Below are positions 39,635 through 53,204 of a DNA stretch of 64,000 nt, one piece after another. Every line of letters begins with the position of its first letter. Within the stretch, counting starts at the first letter, position 1. The DNA is taken from the NCBI GenBank assembly GCA_001949185.1, contig BDGG01000001.1, positions 5,695,527-5,759,526 on the forward strand. Reading direction: 5' to 3'. The position numbers and the translations under genes are program-made. This stretch comes from Ramazzottius varieornatus (lineage: Eukaryota > Animalia > Tardigrada). The notes below the pieces were generated by a model. That model saw only the letters and a list, made by a program, of their open reading frames with translations, made no database searches and was not told where the DNA came from.

Positions 39635-40899
39635 ATGTCGACAGTTGTGGTGCATACGGGAAACATCCTGAGCTCAGAGCACCTGAAACGGAGAGTGAAT
39701 CTTGGACCGCAGCAAGAGGTATGATTGACCCTCGATTACTGACTCGCTCGTCGACGATATCGGCTGTTACTTCGTCAGTAAACTATGACGTAAAAGCTAT
39801 GCACGTGCTTTAAGCGTGTTTATAATGGCTTAGGCGTGACGTCATGCGCCGCGTATACGGTGACGTCGTTTGCTTGGCTCTTACTGCTACAGTTGTCATA
39901 TTCTGACTTCTGACCATCTTCCAGTTGGTGGATGCCCTGAAGGTATCGCTGCAGGACTCGCAAAAGCACATTAGCGGGGATGGAACTTGTCGGCAAGTAC
40001 TCGAATGCGGAGACTACTCGGAAAAAGACGCTGTCCAACTGGGCGACGATGCACGGGAAGATCTCAAAGTCACTGGCACGTGTGCTACAGATGCCGGAAA
40101 GTTGGTGTGCTAACTGGAGTTTCATGATCTTTCCTTGTAGTGAAAATATTCCTGACTGATGTGTCGAAAGGAGCGACGCGGAGTGCCGTAACGCAGAGTT
40201 TGGCCAAACTCAAACTGTCCACCATCGACCTGATCCTCCTCTCTGTCCCATCCAACAAGCTCTCTGACTTTGAAGAAGCCTGGAGGGAGCTGGAAGCTCA
40301 GGCGAAAGCCGGAGCAGTCCAGAGTATCGGCGTGAGCGACTTCGACTTGAACGAATTCGAAGCCCTGTACAATGCTGCGCAGGTAAGGATATCAGTTTCA
40401 GGCATCAGTTTCATCAGGCATCAGTCTTCGCCTCCAGCCAAAACTTTCTCCAGCGTTCCTTTCCTGTTCTTTAGGTGAAGCCATCCGTTAACCAGGTTAA
40501 CCTCGAGTCATGCTGTGTTATTCCACCAGAGCTTTCGGACTTCGCAAAGAAGAACAATGTTCAGCTTTTGACTCATAACGACCCAAGAGGTAGTCTTGTC
40601 ATCCTAGGCACGGCCTTGCTCTAACGAAAACCCTGCTGTAACAAGGCCGTGTCAAAAGTGTACTTCCGGTTCCCAGCTTTACCCATCATTGGAAGTTCAG
40701 AGCTTCTTCTAATCAGTATTTCTTTTCAGTGATGTTGGAGCCGGACTCCGTGAGAGACATTCTGTCAACCGCGGCGCCAGCTTTGAAGGCAGAAGAATAT
40801 TTCGCATCCTGGTTGGTGAGGTACACCGCCATGATCAAGCTGCGTGGTGTAGTCACCAGCCGAGGTTTCATCTTTTCCGTACAAAAGGTCCAGCAGTAA
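39635..40899 (+). CDS. GCLM: Glutamate-cysteine ligase modifier subunit
   Basis: MSTVVVHTGNIL...|...REDLKVT|VKIF...IDLILLS..AWRELE...IGVSDFD...|VKPSVNQVNLESCCVIPPELSDFAKKNNVQLLTHNDP|...WLVRYTAMIKLRGVVTSRGF. Five exons; intron 40076-40140 is GC-AG. Confidence 0.93.
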
Positions 40900-41333
40900 T
40901 AGCCTTTTCGAATTACCTTGCAGCTGTTGCCCCCATGTTTCATGAATTTTATCTTTGTATTTATTGTGTCTCTTCTCTTTGGGTAGACCACTAGAATGAT
41001 TTCCGAGATAACGATCCTCATTCAACGCGTTAATTTATTGACAAGACATCCAAACTTCAAAAAATTATGGTCAGTGATAAAAATCTAACTAAAAATAGTT
41101 CACTGAAACTCGCTATTCAGCAGTAGATTCACCACAACAGAATTTAAAACTTAACAATAAAAGAGTAAAGAAAGCTGTAACAGTCGCTCTTGGAACTTGA
41201 AATAAATTGTCAGACTCTCGCGGCTTCACATCCGCATCACGACATGCTGGACTGAAAACTACAAGAAACCTCTCGATGAAAGTAACTGCGCTCCCTAAAA
41301 CGACGAGACGTCCGGTCATCAACTTCCGGTCGC

Positions 41334-42375
41334 TCACTTGAACCAGCAGACTTCCAGTCCGAAGGCTCGTGCTCCCAACAACTTCCCGCCATCGCCCTTG
41401 TCCTTCATGCTCAACAAACCGAGGCTCCAGTCTTCATCCTTTCCGTCCACCGTCAGAAGCTCCTCTTCTTGAAGAACTGACTCCACAATTTCCAGTAGGA
41501 TATCATTCTCCACCACCAACGGCTCAACTGCAAAAAAAATTCCTGTGGATGAATACTCGAAATATTCAGTGAAACGTAGCAATCGTGAAAAAGGATGGAA
41601 GAACTTTGGTACACGTGTACCTTTCGTGTCCGTGGAACAAGCGAGACCTTCCTTCAGCCAGGAAGACAGCCACTGAGGCTTCTTTCCTTCGGAGGACCAG
41701 TTGAAGATTTCCTCGGAGCTCGAGCTCGTCGACAGAGGACTGCTTGGAGTAGGAGAGGGCGTCGAAGAAGAGGACACGGAGTTTGAGGAAGTTGATGAAG
41801 AGAAAGAGGAAACAGCGGGAGGCTTTGGCAGGGGCCGGACAGGCAGAAAAGCTGACACGGTCGTCCTGGTCGAAGTAGTTCCGGTTGAGGTGGAGATGGA
41901 GTCAGCCGGGTGGATGAAGATGCATCGTTCCCCGTACTGGCAGAAGCCATTCTTGAAGAGGCGATGGCAAGGCTTGGTCTTGTAGGTCGGGACTTGCGCG
42001 ATGCGTAGTTCATGGTGTCCATGGGCATATCCGCAGTGCCAGCCGGAAGGGCATCCGTTGGGCTTCTCCATGAAGGCTCGACACTACGAAGCAGAAAAAT
42101 CCGAGGATAGACTTTTACAATATCGGAGATCGGAATATGGGAGGCCCGAAAACAATTTCTGGAAGATATCATTTCAAGTGGCGCACGGGTTTGGCCAGTA
42201 TTAATCAAAAACTGCGTCACTTGACAAAACGATCATCCCGAGAATGTTTGGCGGCCTCCCATCTCACGATTGGGAAAGGTTTAGGGAAGGAACGTACCAG
42301 TTGGGTCTTGTAGTAGCATTTGGGACTGAGGAGCATCTTCTGGTTCTGGGACTGAGTGGCCGTTCTGGTCGACAT
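41334..42375 (-). CDS. Tandem CCCH zinc-finger RNA-binding protein (TIS11/ZFP36-like)
   Basis: YYKTQL|CRAFMEKPNGCPSGWHCGYAH..ELR and YKTKPCHRLFKNGFCQYGERCIFIH, followed by a Ser/Pro-rich tail. Two predicted introns. Confidence 0.85.
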
Positions 42376-43275
42376 GGTGGAGAAGGCTGCTGTTCCCACG
42401 AGGAACCCTATCGAAAGAGCTGCGGAGGCTTGCTGAAAAATTAAAATCAGTCGACGAAAAGTGTGACTGGAGTGAAGCACGATGTCAGACTGGCGTCTTC
42501 GAGGACTTTTATACTTTCGAAGAAGGTCTGACTATGTAGTTGATTCAGTGAATGCGGATATGAAAGACGGAGGTAATAAACAGCAAGATCCGGATTTCCA
42601 AGGGTGAGAAATGGTGTCTGGTCTTGCCTTCTGTCTGTCCAGTGACCAGTGACCAGTGCATGACGTAGCTACAATTGACCAAGCGCGTAAAGAACAATGG
42701 GCGCTCTGTTCCCAGTCTATTTTGAACTTCCCATCGGGTAACATCTTCCAGACATCGTATTTTGGACTTTTATGGCTGATCAACGGTAGCGTTAATCCAG
42801 GTAACAGAAAGCTACTGTGGAATGGATGGATATCGCCGGGGGAGTTTTCTTTTCATTTGCTTGCTCATACATATATAGGGTAGACTAGCTAAAAACGCAT
42901 CAGGTGTTTTCGAAATTAGTTATATCGAAGAACCTGCTGATTATTCTAAAGACCACTATATCAGATTAAATATGAAAAAAATATGCCAAAAGTGGAATGA
43001 AAGTCTGCAAGAGGACACCATCCATTGAGAGCGATGATTGGGATTTTTTCCCAATTCATTTTTTCGTAGGCGTGCGATGTCCGTACTTCATTTTTAGTAT
43101 TGTTCGAAAGATGTCCCCAACGGTAGGTTGCTTTAGGTTCGTTTCATTGCAGCAAAGCCCGATTAGTCCTGTAACAGAAATGAGGTAAGATGAGAAGTAA
43201 GAACTGGTCTTCAAACCTGAAACAGTTTGGTTTTATTTTACGAAGCCAAGTTGCTGTACATGCATACTGTATGTA

Positions 43276-43993
43276 CAGAGTCATCCCTGTACGTTGGAAC
43301 GATTTTGAAAATTCGTGGTAAAGTCGCTTCTAGCTCTACATTTCCGAACTTCAACTCGTTCGATAGAGCATGTTCATCTTGAATTTTTGTGAAGGTCTTC
43401 TCAACAAAACATTGATCGTTTGATTGTTGTGGGCCACTGAAAACATGAATTTTACGGGTAAGAAGTGGGAACCTCAGTTAAATTATTTATATCTGACGGG
43501 CAAAACGATTACATTTCCTCACAAAAATTGTTTGATGAGGGAAGTACGTTTGGACTGAATATTGGAAAACAAACCGACCGCTCGAACACGCTGCGGACGG
43601 AGAAACTGAAAATATTTCAAAAAATACGCGGAAATTTTTCCTTACCCCCCTTAGTCTCAGCAATAATACAGCTCACAAACCCAACCATGTGTACGAACTC
43701 GTGAATGATATTTTTATACTATATCTAGAAGGGTTTTCCAACAGAATAGCATCAGCGAAGTTATTCTGAAACGTTTCGCACGCAAACAAACCAGCCTGAA
43801 GTGCATTGCATGTTGGTTTTGCGAAAACGTTTTGATTTACTGTGCTCCTTCTTGACAACGACACCCTGACAAGATTTTTACACAATTTTTTTAATAGTTA
43901 CACGTATCTGGGAACGAATTTTCGAAGAAGTGGATGCACTGCTCATTTTTCTATTCACGTCCAAAATCGTTCCAACTTTTAGGGATCACCCTG
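43276..43993. mobile_element. Non-autonomous Tc1/mariner-type element (MITE)
   Basis: Imperfect ~32-bp TIR CAG(A/G)GT(C/G)ATCCCT....GTTGGAACGATTTTG with TA on both flanks. AT-rich non-coding interior. Confidence 0.8.
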
Positions 43994-44213
43994 TATGGCC
44001 ACGATAGATACCTGGTGAAACCGTGAAAGGTTTCTGGAGAAGGTACGAACAAACGAGAAGATCGTGACGTACTCACAGCATAGCGAAACGTATTATCACC
44101 ATCACTGGATAGTTTGCACCACCGGTAGTATGTCAGAAATAAGCAACTCGTAGATCGCCGAGAGCAAGTGCTTCGTGAGGGCTTTTCGTACACATGTACA
44201 GTACAGTACTTAC

Positions 44214-45750
44214 CGAGAATAGTGTCGAGCTTCTCCTGGTTGATGACAAGCTTTTCTAGGTCCCTTCGGTTTTTCGGTACGCCGCAGATAGAGGTTTGAA
44301 GTTCTGTTTTGTTGAATATCTTAAAAACAGCATGCCTACATGACATTGATCATGACCGATGAGGGTCAAATACTGAACAACTGTGAGACCTGTACGGTTC
44401 CTTACAGCTGGACGCCAGCTTCTGGATATCTTTGCGCACTCAATCATTTGTTCCTGTGGTTGAGAGAACGATAACATTAATGAGTATTGATATCATAAAT
44501 TCTGTCGAACAAGAATTTCAGCGAATGGTATCCGTACCAGCAGATGGCGAGCTTCAACTGGATTTCCATTCGCCGAGCGTGCTTCCGCGGGAACTTCGCA
44601 GTGTCGGATCGTGCTGGCTTTTGAGTTGCCGACCGACAAATGAACCTGCAGGTTACGGAAAGTACGCTAAAAACAACGCTAAAGAAGCTAAAGCTTGTGT
44701 GGTTACAGTATGAGGGAAGATCCAGGTGTCTTGCTCGGTTGTGTCACGGGATCTGTTGGGATGGCCTTTCGACGAAGAGCTTCCAGCCACTTTCCGGCTG
44801 GACGCTGAGCTTCGGGATGATCGGTCGGTCGGTATCCTGGTCCGACGACCTCTCTGAGCCTTGGGATATAGGAGAAACAGAGCGGGAGCGACTGCGACTA
44901 GTCGAGCGTTCCTCAGAATTCGCGACTGCAACCTTCTTCAAGATGGGTTTGACGAGTGAGCTATCGGTGATGGATGGAAAACCGCCGAACTTCCTTTTTG
45001 TCGCGACAGCTGAGCTTGCACGTTCCTTGCCGATAGAAGCTACAAAAGAAGATCATAACGAATGTAAAGGTCATCTTGTACTGGTTTCGTTTTGTGAAGA
45101 AGTCGTTCCCGTACCTTGTTCTCCCCCAGGTTTGGTTCTGGAATCCCTTGTCCGTGTCGGCGTACCCGACTCGGGTGAAAGCTCCCGGAAAACTAGCCCC
45201 TCTTCATATTGCAGGAAATGTGATTTATTCTTCTTTGGTGAACCTAACCTCAGGTGAGGACTAAAACGACCAACTGCGGTTCTGCCCGCAGGAATGCTGA
45301 TGCGGTCTTTCGGAGCGCCGTCGGCCGAACCAGCCGGGTATCTGGATCGTGTTACTTCGGACTTCGGGCCGAGCTTGAGCTCCGACGACCAACGGTATCC
45401 CATGCCTTGGTAGTGCGACTTCCGGCGACGAAAGATCTCGTCCCACAGAACCTCCATACTGAAAACTGCAAACAATAAGAAATGTAATTGAATGTAAGGA
45501 AATTCCTATGATATCTCACCACATTTCCGCCACTCTCTGGTAAATCTAAGCCGATACTCACCGTGGTCGACGTGAAGGACAAGACACGGAAACTCCTTGT
45601 CGCCCACTCTGGCAAAGCAAACAGTCTTCTCGGATATAATCTGGTCGATGTGGTCTGCACATCTTCTAACGGGTAGATATGGACTGCAGAAAACGGTGGG
45701 TTGACGGCTGCTTGGTGAAAATAGATAACCGCGTGACCCTTCTTTGCCAT
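44214..45750 (-). pseudogene. Degenerate multi-exon gene with a BEN-domain-like C-terminal exon
   Basis: Exon 44214-44335 reads HAVFKIFNKTELQTSICG..INQEKLDTIL. Upstream Ser/Arg-rich exons contain stops. Confidence 0.45.
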
Positions 45751-47649
45751 CTTGACCAGAGTACACCAAGAAACGAAAATCGCGGTAGTCGAAGCTCTTC
45801 GCCTTCGACGGAAAGTTGCAAGCTTAGCCGGGTGAAGACGCACTGCCCTTCTCACCAACATAATTTTCGGCACCTAGCTGGCCTTGTGAACGTGTCGTGT
45901 CCTTTGAAAATGCACGATGGGCTGGAATATAGTCTTCGTTTCACGACATATAAATAAGCAGGTCAAAGAAACCCAACTCATTGTCTCGATTCGACCCCAA
46001 TTCAGTCTAGTGCTCGACGACCTGGGACCCCAGTGTCGAAGCGGAGTTTACAAAGATACAAAAGCCGGCGAAATACCCTCAACCACGCTGCGGTGGGCGT
46101 ACTATAATTTGGATACCCGGGGACGGTAAGATAACCTTGGATGACGTGGGAAATTGCAGAGCATTAATGTTTTTCTGAAACGACTAGCGTACCAGCAGGA
46201 GCCATGTAATGGCGGAATGAACGCCGAGGCCGTGGAGGATTTCGGAAAGAAGGCATTAGGGAAGCTGCACTTCCAGCAGACAAATGCGGCAAAGGACAAT
46301 TTATGCCAGAAGCGTACAATTGCAGTTTACACTAACCACAAGACCGTTAATGTTACATCAGTCGTTTCGTCTAAACGCTCGTTTACGTAACCAGAATGAT
46401 CGTCCAGAGCAAAAACTTAATTTGCCTAGTTGCAGACCGAGAGACCTTATAGCACTACTTACGCTTTACAGTGTCGTCCGACTGTAAAAAGGGATGCGGA
46501 GTGAATAACACCAAACCAAAATCGAAAGTAGCGTAAACTTACATTGCAATGACGAATGAGAGCATTATATCTATACTGTAAATGCGCAGAGAGAAAAGAA
46601 TCTGTCCAATGAGCAACTCTCGAGCTTTTTTATGGCCGATAACTGAGATGTACGATCACTACCTCCGGAGCGAAATCCTTAAGGCTTTCATATCACTTGT
46701 TGTACGACTGCTATCCTTCACGTTTCATGTCTGAGATAACGTTGTTGATCACCGCGATAGCGGGAAGTTTTACCTTTCTCTCCTTACAGCAGATCTCAGT
46801 TAGTCCTGTAAAGGAAACAAAATGACGAGAGAAAAACTGTGGTCAACAGAGATAACAATCGTGACCCACTGTCGGTCCCGGACGTACCTGCAATAATATC
46901 CAGTTTCTTTTGGTCGAACAGCTGTTTTGCTCCTGTTGAACCCAAATTCTTGCACACAGAGTTGTGCAGTTCGGCTTTCGTAAAGACCTCACGTGCGGCG
47001 TGCCTGAAAAAACTTGACGGTTATGGTTTATGAGCATAATGGCTTATATCCCAGTCACTGAGCAGACATCGAGTTACAACTTACATCGTGGCCAGAGCTC
47101 AGGGTTCCCCTGCATGAAGATACTCACGCATCTCTACCTGAAGAAAAGCGAAAACGCAATGATGCCGCCTTGGTGTTGAGCCAACCCAGCGGAACTCGCT
47201 TCCCTGACGCGATGAAGATACAGTATTCACCAGTAGATCGTGAGCCGTGATCGATTTGCCGCTACTGGTGCGGAACTTTGCAGGTATTTGGCAGTCTCTG
47301 GTAATAATTCCTTTTTTGGAATGGTGCTGCATTTGAACCTACAAATTTCCTCTCACATGTTTCTTTATCTTAAAGTTGAAACTCGGTGTGAAACTGAATG
47401 TAGGTTCTGAGGTCGGGGCAAAGTCGAACTACTGGACATGGTAGTGTCCAGCACATTATTCTTGGCCATGAGAACCGGAAGGCACCTGAGAGGTTGTATT
47501 CTTTCAAATGCGAGGCTATAGAGTTAGCAAGGTAAGAGCCATTCAACAGAATGTCCGGCAGTTCGGTAATGCACATGAACGACTTCCGCAAAAGTATCGC
47601 TATAAAGGCAAGAGGCTCCCAGGCCACGTTTCAAAGAAATGTCAGTAGT

Positions 47650-48890
47650 TCTCTTCATTCTTGTTGTTTTTCTTTTTTTCTTCTTCTTCGTGGATTTCAG
47701 GCGGATATTGTTCTTGAAGGAGATGATAATATGCTTGGTTTCGCTGAAAGACGGCATCTCTGTTCCTTTCTCCTTGCAGTAAAGTCCAGCAGGACCTAGA
47801 ATCAGAACATACAGACACATACTTTGAATGAATCAGTGGCGTACTGTTGGTCGGTTTTATTAACAAGTCGGTCGGTTTTTCTGACACCTTTCGAGCTCTC
47901 TTACCTCCCAACATGGCCAGCTTTTCTTGGTCAAACAGAGGTCTGCCGCGGTTTTTTGTTTGCAGCTTGACGGTCGAGCAGATACAATCCTCAAGTTCCG
48001 ACCGACTGAAAACCTTACGTGCCGCGTACCTTTAGAATAAATAATACAACCCGATTACCGTTAGGTATTTTACATTCCATAATTGGGACGTCGGAAAATG
48101 ACTTGGACAGGATCGTCTTCCCAGGTGGCACACGCGTCGGCCAATAGCGATAAGAACGTGCGCCACTTCAAATAACAATCATGCTCCGCTCATCTGCCAA
48201 CGTCCCAATCTCAGCATATAATTCAACGTACATGATTGCGGAACGCCAAGTTGTACAGCCTAACATTTCCTCCTGTAAAAGAAAGACGGTTGAACGGCAG
48301 TAACCCAAAAACTCTTCATCGTCGCTTACTACCAACAGCTGGCGAGATTCGATCCATCTTCCCGTGCTGGACGAGCGTACTCGAACAGGAATCACCACAT
48401 CCTGGCTCCCTGTTGCAACTCCAGTATTTTTCGAGAATACCGATACCATGTGCACCTGCAAAGCAGATGGAACTTCGATGAATGAATATTTAGCATGGCA
48501 GTCACAACATGACCGAGTGAGGAAAGGTCTAGAGAGCGTTGTTGCGGATGGCGTCACTAGAGGCAGGCTGATCGGCATGCGCGGATCCTGTCGGGTCAGG
48601 TTTTTCTTCCATGGATTCTGCCTCTGAGTCCAAAAAAGACGACTCCTCAGCCACTTGGTCATCGATGTCGTCAAGGTCTGAACCCCAGTCTGCATCGTGC
48701 TCGTAAGGTGTTCGAGCTCGTGGCTGGCTGGAGGGGCCTTGGAATTCATCTTTGAGGTCGAAGTAGTCGGTGTAATCGTCTGCGTCTTCGGCGATCTAAT
48801 TGGCATCGTACCCGCAGTGTTCGATACCGACGGCAAACTGGGCTGGCTTTTGGCTGCTGTAAGCAAAGCAAGTAATCCAGTTTTCCATCG
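47650..48890 (-). pseudogene. Second BEN-domain-like gene remnant
   Basis: Exon 47905-48029 (YAARKVFSRSELEDCICS..RPLFDQEKLAML) splices to GPAGLYC..PSFSETKHIIISFKNNIR. The upstream acidic frame contains stops. Confidence 0.5.
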
Positions 48891-50894
48891 ATCTATACTA
48901 GACTGCATATTATTAGGGATTAAGTATTGACTTGCCGGATTTGGGAGACCTGTCGCAGACATTCAGTGAACATTTCCGGCAAGGAAATACCGACGGAGCA
49001 TTGTTTCGTATACTTGATTGTTTAATCATAGTACGTCAAATAGCCTCTTTAACAGTACTTCCGACACACCCTCCTTCTAAGGGAGCATTAAAGTATTACG
49101 TAAGACAAGATCAAAGGCGCTGAATGGACCCCCCTATCAAAGCAAAGCAATGAACGCGGCTTTGATCCATTCGGTTTGCCGAATCCTACGTAATACTTGT
49201 GTCTTCCCTGAGGCAGATATCTCGCCAGTTTTGCCATCTCTCAGCATTTATTGCAAAAGAATGGAGACAAGTGTTTCTTGATTTAGGAGCCAAGGAAAGC
49301 TAGTTTGAAGCAGTATGTGTCGAGATCAGGCCTGGATATCTCCGACTACCTTGTGGTGCAAATGGAACAGTACGAGTTTGTCTGGCAGCATTTTCAGTCT
49401 ATCTAGGATCGACTGCGGCATTCGGTTACCACGGAACGTAAGGCAGCGGATTATATTTCAGTTGACGAGGAAAGTGATTTCTTGTCGCCATCTACACATC
49501 ACCGTGAAATGTCCAAGCTTTCGCTCATCTGTATTTGAACATTGTAGTATTTTATCATATAACTGTAATATTCTCGAATCCGAGTAGTCGTCAGCCGTTT
49601 GGGTTTTCGAGAACTGTTTGACGTATTGACTTTCCGGCCGGTCGTGGACAAATTCTAACGAGAGACAGAATGCGCAAAGAATTGTGTTGCGTCGAATTCT
49701 TTGCCGTCGTTTTGATAGTGGTTTTCGATACTTGCAGTTCGGATGTATCCGGGGAAGATGAGGTGGATGTGAGAGATGTTTTTCCACCGGGATGGAACCA
49801 TGAGTGCATTCAATGTTCCGTTGCGAGCCACGGTGACCTATGTCGATGAAAAGATCCAGATGTTTTGGCGCAGTTCAATGAGAGATGTTACTATGGTGAA
49901 CATACGGACATGAAGACCAATGTCAATTTCTGCACCATGTTTGTCCCTATGGATCTGCCGCCTGTTACTACACGAGGTATGGTGGTGATCGTGAATGTCC
50001 GAATGGCTTGATGATTCGACCGAACTGAACCCACCCTAACCACGGCAAAAACTCATCTACTAACGATATCGTCAGAGATATGATATGCCCTGGCCGACAA
50101 TATGACCAATGAATAAGATGGGTTTTTCTTCTAATAAACGAGAGAATGCTTGCGAATCGGTCTACCGGCCATACATCTCAAAACTATGATTGATCTTAGA
50201 AGGCTGATGCATCATACCGCAAAGATCTTCGGGTTAAGAAAACAGCTGATTATGGCCAGCGGTGGATAATCATGAGGTACCCGCCATCTGACAACAGCCG
50301 AACTCGGTGCTTATGCACCTGTCCGATGACGTTTCCGATGGTTCAAAAACAAAATTGCATCGTTTTCGATCAACAAGAACTCATGTCACGTGTGAGAACG
50401 TCTGGCCAATTTGATCTTTCTTTGTTCTCACCGCCTACATCTGCTGTTTTTGTTACGTCGTCGCTGTTCGCGCATTTTCTGCAGTTCATCCTTGCTGTAA
50501 GGTGCACTCAGACCGACGGATCTTTCACCTATGTCCATGCTTTCGGAATGTTCCATGAAGGCTGCCCGTTGATGCACGATGTTGTTGCTCGAGCTGTCGA
50601 AAACTTTTTCTGGCCTTGCTTGCGGATAATGGGCCGTATCGTCTTTGTCGTTGCGAACAGCATAGAGTACATGAATAACGGTTTCGCTAACATGGCCCGG
50701 AAACTCGTCGATCATGCGGCCGACGCTCCATCGTTTTTGTATAGCATACTGCTCAAACGTGGGCAATTCATCGTGAATCTTGTCTGCCGAGCCGGTAACG
50801 ATAACCTTCAAACAAATTCTGCATTGTACATAACAGGTTTCACGATTCTAGGCCTGCCGCTGGAAAATTCTAATGTGGCAAACAGCTGGGGAAC

Positions 50895-51349
50895 TAATGA
50901 TGGGTATTACATTTTACATTACATTACATTTTACATTACAATTACACTTTTACACGACATTACAACCACGGGGAAGTTGTAACGTAAATGTAACATTTAA
51001 TTACAACGTTTTACCTGCCAGAATCTGCGGTATTTCTGAGTATTTTTCCGCCCGAAATCTAAAATTCGATTGACTTACGCGGAAAAATTTCAGAAACTTC
51101 CTGAGTAAGGTCATTTTGCAACCGTATTTTTATCTTTGTCTGGAAGACAATTACTAAGATCTATATTCTATGCAAACATAGACATAGCTGGTTCGTCGTT
51201 TTCGTCGCTCCTTGTCACTTTTAGGCGTTATAAACCGCTCGGTCTGTAAAATGTAAACTAGTGTAAAATGTAACTACACTTCTATAATCATACTATTTTA
51301 CATTACACTTTACATTACACGGACCATCTGAGTGTAATGCTCATCATTA
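50895..51349. mobile_element. Non-autonomous hAT element (MITE)
   Basis: TIR TAATGATG(G/A)G(T/C)ATTACA. Perfect 8-bp TSD TGGGGAAC (50887-94, 51350-57). Subterminal (TTACA)n arrays. Confidence 0.92.
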
Positions 51350-51633
51350 TGGGGAACGGCAATGTTAAGCCTGACGTCACGGCACAAGCCGATGTGCAGG
51401 CCGTGTATGTACGCTCCACCCATTGAGCCGTCTCGTAGGCGAAGCCGGTTCCATCTAAATTAACCGAGCCGAACCCGAGCCGATTGTCACTTGACGGGCA
51501 CTACATTTGAAGGATTAGTGAGTTAGATGTCCTGGCGTTGCTGCGGATTTTTTTCGGCAAAAGCGTCAAAAGTTACCATAGCTGCCGTCGTAGTGGCACA
51601 GTCGGTTCGAGCTGCGCCCCAACTCTATAAATA

Positions 51634-52364
51634 CAGGTTGACTCAGATCAAGCCGACGGATTTTGAAATTTAATCAAATATGCTTTTGGCTCGTTACACT
51701 CAGTCGTCAGTTCGTTCGACAGATCATCATCAGAACTTGCGATATGTACGAGTTTTATGGTCGTGAGTTTGATCGCTTGATTGGTATGACCAACAGAAAA
51801 CTACCCCTTTTACTGGTGAAAACTAGCCTTTATCACAGGAATTTGTTTACTGCTCGTGAAAAACTGTCGCGTTGGCTCGTACTAATTGCTTGCAGTCAAA
51901 AAATGTTTGAGGTAATTTATAAAAATGATTTGATTACGTTTGAAAAGCGTACGTCCGAAAAAGCAATTGAAAATGATCGATAAAATATTTTCAAATTTCT
52001 GCTTACAAACACGTTCAATGACCATTGTTTCCAACACGACAAGAAACTTCAGCAGAAGATTTACTTTTCCTATACCAGAATCCGTCTCAACAAAACTGCA
52101 TGAGCGGAATCTTCTCATAAATTTCGCGCAGTGGTACAGGAGCTCAAACGTGGCCATATTTCCACTTCGAAATACACTCTCGGTTTTCGAGTACTCAGGA
52201 GTTTTTGAAACTTGATTTCGACTCGATCGCGCGATCTCAATGAGATTTTCAGAAAATAATCATAAGAATCTGGGCCACTTGGGGACAAGATTTGAAGGCG
52301 AACAAAGTATCACAGAATATTTTGTAGCCTCTCGACGTCCGTCGGTTTGATCTGAATCAACCTG
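51634..52364. mobile_element. Non-autonomous Tc1/mariner-type element
   Basis: 27-bp TIR CAGGTTGA(C/T)TCAGATCAA(G/A)CCGACGGA (25/27). TA on the left flank, TG on the right. Confidence 0.82.
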
Positions 52365-53204
52365 TGTTGTTTCGTTTTGCTGTTTTCGGAAGGTGTCTGA
52401 ATGACCTTCATATTATAGCTTTTGGGCTTTGTTTTTGCTGCTGACATTGTAGTGCAAACATCATTGTGCTTCGTGGAATGTTCGTAAAAGGGATATCACC
52501 AAGCGTTTTACGAACGCTCGCATGTTTTCAGCCATTCCATAAAACTGTGAAGAAGCAAAGTTCAAACGTACCGTCAGTCTGTTAAAGCATAGTCTGTTTA
52601 AGGTTCTGATACCCATTGTCCACATGAAAACAGAACAGATCATCTACAGTGGATTTCTCAAAGTACGGGAGGTAGCTGCTGAGAGCGGGTCAGATCCCTG
52701 TTTTCGCCAAGTGCGACTGTTTGGGTGACATGAAAAATCGCCAAGTGGGTTTGTGTTTCCGTACATTCTGTGTTTCTCTAAATGTCAAACTGAATGCGTT
52801 ATCGGTTCAAGACAAGCAGAAGTTCGGAAAAAGCATTTGGAAGGGTTGAAAATAGTTACGGAAAACACCGATAACTTTGCTGTAATAGTCTGTGATTCTG
52901 ATTCTTTTTAGCAGTCGAATTTTAACACTTTCAGCACGATCGTTTTCATGTTTGCAGAATACTACCGTCCTCTTTGTGTATACAGGAGTTTTATTGGCTG
53001 GTACCGTGTTGCGGAGGCTGGTCCAACCAATAGGCAATTTTCGAATTTTCAAAATTCGGATAATTGGCAGGCCATGAACGCCAAATCTCAAAAGGGAGAA
53101 CTGGTCGTCTTGATTTTCTTCTGACCGCAATGATGACTACAAAATTTATCCCAGGCTCGGCTTCGATAGATAAGACTGTCCCCAGTGCTCCAGTTGTTTT
53201 CTAG

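Noticed and set aside
40607-40652. Hairpin in the last GCLM intron (CACGGCCTTG...CAAGGCCGTG)
   Set aside because: A 10-bp stem could be chance or a TE scar; no further support.
44640-45257. 205-aa plus-strand ORF
   Set aside because: Antisense shadow of the minus-strand Ser/Arg-rich remnant.
48168-48962. 264-aa minus-strand ORF as an intact gene
   Set aside because: The more coding-like acidic frame is a different, stop-containing frame, and the ORF crosses apparent introns.
50272-50982. 236-aa plus-strand ORF
   Set aside because: It runs into the hAT MITE (TTACA repeats) and has no recognisable domain; the opposite strand is equally open.
50900-51000. Short periodic repeats as a CRISPR array or telomeric tract
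   Set aside because: They are subterminal TTACA repeats inside a TIR/TSD-bounded hAT element, with no spacers.
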